64,000 nt of DNA from contig CM039004.1 in NCBI GenBank assembly GCA_017499595.2, positions 2,728,001 through 2,792,000 of the forward strand, in the 5' to 3' direction. The translations under genes were made by a program, and so were the position numbers. This stretch comes from Psilocybe cubensis. Lineage: Eukaryota. Below the pieces are notes generated by a model. The model made no database searches. It was not told the DNA's origin and saw only the letters and a list, made by a program, of their open reading frames with translations. Positions 28,909-39,400 of this stretch are shown here, piece by piece. The stretch's first letter is position 1; every line of letters begins with the position of its first letter.

Positions 28909-29024
28909 CTATGACAAGCTGCTGAGATGCGTCGCAGGAGGAGGCGGAGAGGAGAGGAAAGAACTCCTGAGATGAGCAGAGGAGGACGAGTGGGATGAGA
29001 AAAAGTGAGTACATTCACGTCCTC

Positions 29025-29031
29025 TTTTATA
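29025..29031 (-). promoter_or_regulatory. Candidate TATA box for a minus-strand micro-exon transcript
   Basis: TATAAAA on the minus strand, followed by a CT-rich leader (29005-28910) and a GTGAGT donor at 28908. Confidence 0.45.
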
Positions 29032-31415
29032 GTTTGCAAAGCACGCTGCTGTACGTACACCGGTACGCTATGCAATTTCGGGTTCTACCGTTGGTTTGCA
29101 GGGTCCAATTTTGGGATCAGCAAACAACTTGAACGCAAAGCGGGTGCTAGCCGAGTGTATCTACCGTAGGATACACTCCTGTCTGTCTGTAGAATTGGAA
29201 TAGATGTGTTTTCATGTTTTCGTGGACTGCGTGTTTGTCTATTTCAAGTTGATCTGAATGTTTGTTTCGAGCTTAATTCGAGCACTTCAACTTTCTCCTA
29301 CTTTCTTGATGCCCGTCAGGTCTGCGCTGGATAATACACCTCACATTTCAACCTTGGGACTCCAATCCCTTTGCGTTAGACCAGTACGTATAGTAAAAAT
29401 TTCACCGGAAACATGCTAATTCATGCAATTACAGATATCTGGAATAAATCCTCAACGTTACCCCTCGAGCTCTAGCTTCCAGCCTTGAATTCAGAACGCC
29501 GCTCGATCTTACGTTGGTGATATATTACCTACCCGAATACCAGGACCCCTAACGACCCAAATTTCCAGACGTTTTGAAATAGCGTTATTTCGGAAGATTG
29601 GGACGAGGAGAGGGATATGGGTGGCGTGCACATTTGCTGAGTTGTCTTGCAAAATTTCAAACGTTGGTGCCGTTTACTGAGTATTGCAAAGGTACCAGGG
29701 TGCTCTCTAGCTCACTTGGATGTTGCAATTGTACGTGGTTTTTTGTGCTCTAGTGTTGTTTTGCTAAAATCAATATCTGGCGTTCTCGGGAGATGGATAA
29801 AAAATTTTGTGTTCAAACTTCGAAATTATGAGAATGGGTACGTGAACTGGACTAGTACCTATTGATAGATTCAGGGATGATATGAATCCAGTTTAATTTT
29901 TGAGAGAAGAACGGCGGATTTGGGATGGAGGTGAAGATGTTCCGGAGGTGCATAGGGATGGTTCTGCAATGAAATTTGAAGTTGATCTGGGATAGGTCAA
30001 TTCTTCACTTACACAGGGGTATTATACTGACCTCGATAGTCCAGATAAACGGTTCAATGAATGGAACCAATGTAAAGTTGCGTACATTTGCAGTGAATGT
30101 ATTCTCTGACCATCGCGGATCCACAGCTTCACCAACGTTCACTCGCACCTACCAGTCATCACCCACATACCCAGACATCCCCTATTATCCCAGAACCACA
30201 TACAAAACCGCATTATTCGCGCGTACAAAGTGTACAGCGTACATGTATTGCCAGCGCACAAACAAGGTTCGTCGAGTTCACCGCGTCTTCCTCTCATTTC
30301 GCTCTGACAGATAGTTCGATCGGGTATGCAAGAGGTGTCGTAATCACTCTGAAACGCGACGGGGGCGAAAAGAAAGCGAGTTGAAAGGCTGGAAAATGGG
30401 TAAATGGGGAGGAGGAGTACATGTCCTCTCGGCATTGTACGCATTCTATTCGACATTCGAGCGGTCTGGGGCGGTGGGTTAGTGTTCAGGGTGACTGGGT
30501 ATGCAGGTGCGTATGTCGTCCGAAACGATTTCTGGTGTATTTGCGTCGCTTTTGTAGGTATGTGCTTTTGATTCAATTTGGTTTCCAGATTTTATTTGAA
30601 GATTTCATGAACATCGGGAGGGTTTATCGAGGTACAGTGACTCTTTCCTGTGCAATATAATGGAGTACAAAAGTTATAAAGTGCTACAAAGTGCTTAAAC
30701 TAGCTAACCACGTTGTAGGTAGATTTGGATCTGATGAGCTGTATCGTTAAAACTTGATATTTTCAATGAAAACTGACTACTTTCCTGTATTCTGGAGTGT
30801 ATATCAATAGGGGCTATGACTCTGCATGATGTGCATAGGTCTACCTAACGAGAAACAAGCGGAAAACCCTCCATTTCCTCCCACAACCGTTAATTGCAAT
30901 CCAGGCATTGGACTAAAAGCCGAGCGGGCACTAGCTTCAAAGAAGTTTGGTAACGTAAGTGATATATTTGCTTTCCATACAGTGAAGCATTGGAAACTGA
31001 TTGAATAGAAAACATGGCGAAATTGAACCGGGAAAGGAGGTGAGCATACTTTATTTGTAAATTTTTTGATTCTCCTTCCAAATTTTCTTCTGTCAGAGAT
31101 GAGAAACTATTGCATAAAGGCTGGGGAGAGTGTTAGGCTACAGATACATACGAGTTCTTTGAGTGTAAACATGTTTAAACGCGAATACACTTGTGTGTTT
31201 GCTTGCAAGATTGAAATGCTGTAATATAATCTGGTATTCTGAACTCCAATTGCGTACATTTTGATTAGTATTTACACTAGATTAGTCCTGTATAGCGCGC
31301 GCTTGAGCTATCAAGCCAATGCATAGGTAAAACGGATCTGAACAAGGTATGTTTAAGGCTGCAATAGTGAGTACATAGCGCTACATGGATGCCGGACATA
31401 AGTTCCCGGGCAGGA

Positions 31416-32062
31416 ACACACCTCTACGTCATTCTTCCGAGTCCAAACTTGAAGAGGAATGGCACAGTTTACGGATGGGATGTTTTGAAGTAATCCGGAG
31501 GAAAACAGAATCAGCGACTAACTTCTGGGAGAGTCTTGTCGTACTAAACGGCTTGAACATGAATATTATGACATACCTTTGCTGTGAAGGTGAGTTGTTA
31601 CGGATCTGGAAGCAATTTGGCGTTTGAAAACCTGATTTTAGGAGATACGTGGCACGGAATTGAACTTGAATTTGAGTTGATTTTAGCGAGATTTGTATTT
31701 TAATGGATTATGTGTTTACTGTACCTTTTACAGTAGAACCACACGACACTTCTATGTCATCCGTCTGAATCCAAACTTGAACAGGAATGGCACGGTTACG
31801 GATGGGATGTGTTGAATTAATCTGGAGGAAAACCGAGTCAGTGACTAACTTCCGGGAGAGTCTAGTTGTAGTAACCGACTTGAATAGGTGTATTATGATG
31901 TATCTTTGCTGTGAAGGTGAGTTTCTCCGGATCTGGAAGCGATTTAACCTTGGAAATTCTCAATTTAGGAGATACGTGGCACGGAATTCAACTGGAATTT
32001 AGCGGGATTTGTGTTTAAATTGGTTTTGTATTGACTGTCCCTTTTGAAGTGGAGCCACACGC
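31416..32062. repeat. Diverged ~320-bp direct duplication inside the unit
   Basis: tccaaacttgaa.aggaatggcac...ttacggatgggatg, ctttgctgtgaaggtgagtt and ttaggagatacgtggcacggaatt each occur twice in colinear order. Confidence 0.9.
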
Positions 32063-32423
32063 GACAAGGGATGGTCGCTATAAATGCCGAGAAATGAATG
32101 GGCGCCTAATCAAACCACTCGGTTAGTGCAGTCGGCTACAGTCTAATGTCATCATTTGTTGCAGAATGTTGCAGCGGAATCTGGGGATCAACGGACATAG
32201 GTGAGCGGTCAGGGAACAGAACCACGCTTGAAAATATACGCAATGGTCCGAAATGTGCGATTCCGGGCGACTTTGGTGTATTGCGTCACTGAAGCGACGG
32301 AGAAACGTCTCGAGGCCTGATTTTGTTCCGAGCTTTGTCATTCAAGAGCCTAATTCTGACCCTGAGAACCGTGCGATTGGTTTGTGGGCACCGACGAGCT
32401 GGATTTGAGATCAAGATCTCCAG

Positions 32424-33086
32424 GTAGGTGCATGGTTACTCACTAATTAACTGATACGCGCTAGCAGCAGGGATGTTTCGTCATTGATTTTGCGTGTTAT
32501 TTTGGATTTTGAAGCCCCTGTTCGACTTGTAGTACGATTTTCTTGATTTGAATTTGAAGTCTCCAAACCGTGTAGTGTATGTGAGTGTGGTGAATTCGAA
32601 TGTAATTTGAGTGGGGTTGGATTTTTGAACCTGTAACAAGCAAGTAACGAGGTTCAAAAATATACGAATTATTCAAAGATTTTCACGCACCAGCAAATTT
32701 GTATTCAATGTTCAATCGACGCTACGAAGGCGTGTCTATAAAATTAAGGTGAAAAGAACTGGAACGGGAGGATTTCCGAGTAGGTGCATGGTTACTTACT
32801 AAGTTAACCGATACGCGCTAGCAGCAGGATGTTTGGTCATTGGTTTTTCGCGTTATTTTAGATTTTGAAGCCCCTGTCGAGTTGTAATGAATGTAGAATT
32901 TGAAGATTCAGAACCGTGTATTCTGCCTTGGTGCGGTAGATTTTGATGTAATTTGAGTGCGAGGGGAAGGATTTTGAAAAGGTTCAAAATATACAAATTA
33001 TTCAAGGATTTTCACGCAGCAGCAAAGTTATATTCAATTACGAATTTGTGTCCATGAAAACAAAGTAAAAAAAGGTTGGGACGGGA
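32424..33086. repeat. Diverged ~356-bp direct duplication inside the unit
   Basis: gtaggtgcatggttact.acta...gatacgcgctagcagcagg occurs at 32424 and 32780; gattttgaagcccctgt and ttattcaa.gattttcacgca also occur twice. Confidence 0.9.
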
Positions 33087-33409
33087 GTGTACGTATACGT
33101 TGATAGGAGGAAATTGGATTAGAGCTACTAGAAGACTTTTGGCTTGTTTGTGTCAGGGATAGCGGAGCTTTAATACGTGACATATAAGTTGACTTGCCTT
33201 TTTTTTCTGCTAGGGATTGTATCCCGTCTTTATGCCAGTCCGCGGTGTTATGCCCTCCCCCTCCTAAATTCGATTTTTGGGCTTCCGCCGAGCTAGGTGT
33301 TCTGCAAGCCTCACCCGGGATCTTTACGACTCCTTTACTGAGTGCTGGTACGTGGAATTACCCCTAAACTGACTAAAATGTGCTCATTGCTGTATGCGTT
33401 GGCGCTTAG

Positions 33410-34225
33410 CATTCGAAATTTGAAATTTGGAGTTCCCGCGACCCGTGTATTCTTGCCACCGTTGACTGGGGATGCCAGCGTCTAGTCTTGTTCCCGCGAC
33501 TTTTCGCCATCGACACGTGAGTATTTGTGTCAAGACACATGAGAGGTATGTGTATTTATCGTGCATTGTGTTGTATTTGCTCACAGTTTGGCAGGATTCG
33601 AAATTCGAAATTTGGAGTTCCCGCGACCCGTGGTTTCTTCCTGCCGTTGAGTTGCAGTGCCAGCGTCCAGTCTTGATACTCAGAATTCCCGCAACCCGTG
33701 GTTTCTTGCCGCCGTTGAGTCGGAGTGCCAGCAACCAGTCTTGATATTCAGAGTTCCCGCAATTTGTGAGTTTTTCCCGCCATCGACTTGGAGTGCCTGC
33801 AACGGGTGAGTATTTGTGTCCAGACGAATGAGAGGTGTGACTTGTTGTTCCCGGTGCTGGTATGTGCTCTGCCTTGAGATTTGGTGTTTGGAGTTCCGGC
33901 GGCGCGTGAGTCTGCTCTATAGGTACGTGTTGCTGCCCCTGTGTTGTACAGTCTTGCGCTGACCGTATGGTCGGGGTCCTAAGATTTGAAATAAAGTTCC
34001 CGCAGCCACTTAGCCTCTCGCCATCTGGCTCATCTATCAAGACCCGACTGGATTACCGTATTACGAGTCGCTGTTTTATCAAGACACGGTGATGGAACTT
34101 CAATCGTGTGTCTCGACTTGATAGGTACGTGTCACTTCCCCTTGCTCTGACTGTATGGTTGGGGTTTTGAAGTTCCCGCGGGCACCTAGCCCCTTGCCAT
34201 CTGGCTCGTCTATCAAGACCTCAAT
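33410..34225. repeat. Cluster of short degenerate repeats (GAGTTCCCGC family)
   Basis: About ten (ga)gttcccgc-like motifs; gtgagtatttgtgtc x2; ataggtacgtgt x2; gccatctggctc.tctatcaagacc x2. Confidence 0.8.
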
Positions 34226-36445
34226 CTAGGGATCCCTTGATGATGCGCCCTTCTCGTTCTTTCATTCCCTTCTTTTTCTTTTTTTTTGTGTTTTATTTTG
34301 TAGTGGGACACCTTTGTAGTAGATAGCAAAAATGAATGCATGGCCTTTGGGCGGGGAGAGACTATGTCACTGAACAGTGCGAAAAATGGCAAAAAACTTC
34401 TATCTCTTTCACTCAGGGTCGTCTCTTTAAGGTATCTCGCCCCATATAAGGGTAAAACCAACACAACTTCTGACGTCATTTGCAGCGAACAAACCTTGCC
34501 ATCCTTTCCAACCTGCCCTGGATCCATCTCCGGCTCATCCGCGCCTTCCCACCGCGCCACCACCTGAGAGCTAATCTTCACTGGCTCCGGTACAATAATG
34601 ACACCCTTTTTGTTCGCCTGAGGTAGTACGAGACCCGGAGAGGTCAGGTTGACTGTAATATTGCTGTCCTCTGATACAGGCACCTGCTCGCGTACTTTCA
34701 GGTAGCTGATGGGCGTCGCTTTGGTGTTACTGATGCTGATGCGTTGAGAAAAAAGGTACGTAGAGTTTCGGCGCGTAAAGCTGGGTTGAGTGACTTTCTT
34801 GCTACGAGGGTGATAGGTGATGCGAACTGCAGGGTCGATGCTGTTTTGTTATGTAAAACAGATATTAGAAAACGGGTGGTAGCTTTATGGGGACACGACT
34901 TACCCAAGAGGACAATCAAAACTTTCCTGTGGGCTAACAGTCGGGATATCAGAGCGCGAGATGAAACTTCCATTGACGTAGATGCTTGCTATGCCGCGTA
35001 AAAGGGTATATTCAGAGTCATTCTTTATTTTTGCCTATAAACCAAAGAGATAGATGAGAAATTATCAGAAAAAGGTAGACATGTAGGACATACAGTTAAA
35101 TGAGCCTTTGGCGATTTTTTTGGGACCGTAACCCAGGACATGGCTGCGTCCAAATACACTTCCATTATAGTCACGGTATGAGAAGCGCCGTCACTCGGAA
35201 TCGTCATTAATCCAGGGACCGAGAACGTTGCATTGATGTCCCCTTTCGATGTGACTGTCAAGCCTCGGGCCTTGATGTTGGGCGGTCGCGAACTATGCAG
35301 TCTTCCTCCTCCTCTAGGTGGACCTCCATCAGATTCAGAATCGGAACTAGCTGCAGATTCTTTTCTCATTGAGTGGCCGCCGAACGTGTTAAGGCTGGAG
35401 GCAGCAGCACTTTTTCTCAGGTACTTTCCGTACATGGGCTTATACATAGAAAGCGTCCATGGCTGCAATTCCGGGATATTGAGTCCTGTTGTGGGCGTCA
35501 CTGTCTCCAAAGTCAATGGAATATCATTCCAGGACTAGATCTGGGAATTAGCTTTGGTAGGTTCTGAGCAGCGAGATAATTTCAATCACCTCTCCTGTAT
35601 TTTGTGAGATGGCTGCTTTGTATATAAGCTTTACCGCCTTTTCCTTGGTGTCCATTTTCACGTAGATAGCGTAAGTAGGGTCCCAGGTAGCGCTGGAAAC
35701 AGCTGTCCCAAAGAGTTTAGACTACTAGTGACCAAGACTTGATGAATGAGATAAAGCTGACCGTATTTCAAAACAATCTCAACGTCGCATTCTTTGTCTG
35801 CGACGAGAGTTATGTAGACACGTTTGCGCAGCTTATTATCCACTTTGACCTCGCCCAATGCTACTTGCTCTTGCTCAATGTCTCTAGTAACCTCTGTAAT
35901 TTGCTCTTCCAAATCAAGCTGCTTGAGATCCCATTCCTCTGCAGCCGCGTCAATTCCTCGCTGCAAATTGGCCAACTCATCTGCCTTGACATGTCGCACG
36001 GCAATACTGTTCTGGAAAGACTGAACTGCCGCGATCGCTTTATGGCACCGCATCAACGCTTTCTCCAACCGAATCTTCTGCTTTATCAAGTCTTCAAGAC
36101 GATCAGAGGTCGTCATAGGACCCGAAGAAGGAATATCGGAGAGTGAAACTTCATAAATTGTACATTGACCGCGACCTTCAACTCTGTAGCACATCCACTG
36201 AATTAAGTACCAGTTACCCTTATAAAAGAAAATAAAGCGTACCGAAGAGAATCTGGGACCAGCACATCAGGAAGACCGGACACAATGACCTTATTGTCGC
36301 CTTTCTTGAGCTTTGGTTCAAAAACACGCGTCACCTCCGCCAGGCCAGTATACAAGCTAACGTTCGCGATCTTGCTATCCGTCTGACACGACAGGCATAC
36401 CTCACTGACTGCTCGGCTTGCATTTGCGATTGCGTTTGGAGGCAT
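34213..36445 (-). CDS. DUF4140/DUF4139 gene copy 2, with a 3-aa deletion and a replaced, extended C-terminus
   Basis: Identical to copy 1 until GKDGK, lacks FNW, keeps VCSLQ, then reads across the repeat junction into MTSEVVLVLPLYG...IPRLRS*. May be non-functional. Confidence 0.75.
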
Positions 36446-39400
36446 CCTTCACTTTGAGTAGTAGGGTGAAGGAAGAGACAGCTTGTGTCGTATTGAGTCA
36501 TTGGTTCTGTTATAATTACGTTTGGAAGTCAGGGCTAGATCAGGGGCTCCAAGGTGTCAAACGCCAGCACAGCCCCTGACAGTATATCCAAGAACAGGTT
36601 GCTCGTCAGGTTAATGGCGACTTTTATGATTAAAGATATTCAAAGTCAGCTATGGTTGGAAGCAGGTGAAGTATGCCGTCAGTCAGCAAATACAGGCCCA
36701 TAGTAAGCTGGCAGACAACAAAATGCCATTTTTTGTTTCCCACGCTTCCTGCCCGCGTATTTCCCTAATGCGCTGAATACCCCGTGCCGCATTCTTATCG
36801 TGTACTTGATTCTGCTTTGGTCAGGGTCCTCTGATTCAATTTCCTAGTGGAATTCATCAACTGCCCAAGCTAATTTTAATTCCACTCTGTAAATGCGAAA
36901 TCGCAAGTCACTGTATTCATCCTTTCTTTGCTGCTTTCTTCTCTTTGCAGAGAGTTGGTCGCATACCCCCCACACAGCTCTAGTTGCCCCGCCGCTGTGG
37001 CCTTCCCACCACCTCGTTCTCGTCGACGACCGTCCAACATTTCCACAGCCCACGCACAATGCAGCAACCAGCGCCCCGTTCCACTGGGCTACAACGCATC
37101 TGACAGCATGGGTCAGTCAATGCATACCTCATTTATTTGTTGCTTACCTTTTTTTTCAGTGGTGTTGGCGGCCTAGGACGCAAACACGGCTCGATCCTCA
37201 ACACTGCGGCGCTGTGTAAACCGTCAGAGGGCCTCACGCGCCGGCGGATGTCACGATTGGGCTGTACAAGGGGGCGGGCTCGTGTAAGTCAATGAATTCC
37301 GTATTTATTTGTTGCTTACCTTTCTTTTCAGGGCATTCGGTGGACTAGGATGCACACGGCTCGATTCTCAATACGGCGGTATTGTATAAACCGTCAGAGG
37401 CAGAGGCGTCAGAGAGCCTCACGCGCCGGCGGATGTTATGATTGGGCTCTAGAAGGGGGTGGGTACAGGTAAGTCAATGAATTGCTTATTTCTTCATTGC
37501 TTACCTTTGTTTTCAGCAGAGTTGGTGGCCTAGGATGCGTACACGGCTCAATCCTCGACATGGCGGCACCATGCAAACCGTCAGACAGACGCACTGGAAC
37601 TTGCATTTCTGATAGTTGGGTTGCGAAAGGGGTGTTGGGTCCCGCCGCTACAAGACGTTACGGCCGGGCTGTAGAAGTGGCGGGCTTGGGTAAGTCAATG
37701 AAACCTAATTCCTTTATTACTTACCTTTCTTTTCAAGACATTCAGTGGTCTAGGACGCACACGGCGATGGGGTGGGTACAGGTAAGTCAATGCATTGCTT
37801 ATTTCTTCGTTGCTTACCTTTCTTTTCAGGAGAGTTGGTGGCCTACTAGCATGCGTATACGGCTGTAGACCGTCAGACACGTCAGAGATGGCGGGGTGTT
37901 GGACCTGTGGAAGGGGCGGGCACAGGTAAGTCGATGAATTCCTCGTATTTGTTGCGTACCTTCATTCGCTGGGATGCCCAGGACACACGGCGACGAGACG
38001 TGGCTCAACTCTGGTGCGGCGGCAGCGCTGTGTAGATGTGTGTAGCCCGTCAGACACGTTGGAGACCTGTGCAATAGGACATACCTTTACCGGTGGCACG
38101 CAGCAGAGGGGTGTATGTGAGTACCATGCCACACCATTTCAATATTGATTGCTCACCTCTAACCACTACAAAGACATGCGTAACCGGCTCGATTATCGAC
38201 ACGGCGGCACCATGTAAACTGTCAGAGGCAGAGGCAGAGGCTTCAGAAAGCCTCACGCTGTGGTGGATGTTACGATGAGGCTGTAGATAGGGGCGGGCAT
38301 GGGTAAGTCAATGAATTGACTGTTTCTTTGTTGCTTACCTTTCTTTTGAGTGGTGTTGGTGGCCTAGGATGCAAACATGGCTTGATTTTCGACACGGCGG
38401 CGCTGTGTAGACCGTCAGACACGTCAGAGGCAGACGTAAGGGAACATACATTGACCAATGGCGGGGTGTTGGACCTGTAGAAAGTGGCGGGCACAGGTAA
38501 GTCGACAAATTCCTCATTTCATTATTACTTACCTTCATTCGCTGGGGTGTTGGTGGACTAGAACACACGGCGACAAGGCATCAACAAGATGCCACCAACG
38601 TGGCTTGACTCTGGTGCGGCGGCGGAACTGTGTAGACGCGTGTAGCCTGTCAGACGCGTCGGAAACTTGTGGAACGGGACGTACCTTTACGTGTGGCGGG
38701 CTGTAGAAGGGTGTATGTGAGTACCATGCCAAACCATTTCACGGTTACTCACCTCTCGATGGCCCTCTCGATGGCCTGGCAAGAAATGGCGACGAGCGCC
38801 GGTGGTCAGCCAAATTCACAGTTTCAAGACCATCACTCACCTATGACAAGCTGCTGAGATGCGTCGCAGGAGGAGGCGGAGAGGAGAGGAAAGAACTCCT
38901 GAGATGAGCAGAGGAGGACGAGTGGGATGAGAAAAAGTGAGTACATTCACGTCCTCTTTTATAGTTTGCAAAGCACGCTGCTGTACGTACACCGGTACGC
39001 TATGCAATTTCGGGTTCTACCGTTGGTTTGCAGGGTCCAATTTTGGGATCAGCAAACAACTTGAACGCAAAGCGGGTGCTAGCCGAGTGTATCTACCGTA
39101 GGATACACTCCTGTCTGTCTGTAGAATTGGAATAGATGTGTTTTCATGTTTTCGTGGACTGCGTGTTTGTCTATTTCAAGTTGATCTGAATGTTTGTTTC
39201 GAGCTTAATTCGAGCACTTCAACTTTCTCCTACTTTCTTGATGCCCGTCAGGTCTGCGCTGGATAATACACCTCACATTTCAACCTTGGGACTCCAATCC
39301 CTTTGCGTTAGACCAGTACGTATAGTAAAAATTTCACCGGAAACATGCTAATTCATGCAATTACAGATATCTGGAATAAATCCTCAACGTTACCCCTCGA

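Larger units (their letters stand above)
24540..34480. repeat. ~9.93 kb tandem repeat, unit 1
   Basis: All ORFs recur at +9932 (e.g. 25093 to 35025, 33384 to 43316). Confidence 0.97.

Noticed and set aside
33384-34040. 218-aa minus-strand ORF as a real gene
   Set aside because: It has a non-ATG start, runs through a repeat cluster, shows no recognisable domain, and the local splice signals are on the opposite strand.
34440-34500. Helitron tandem junction or TIR/TSD-bounded transposon end
   Set aside because: No CTRR|TC junction, terminal inverted repeat or target-site duplication is visible at the breakpoint.
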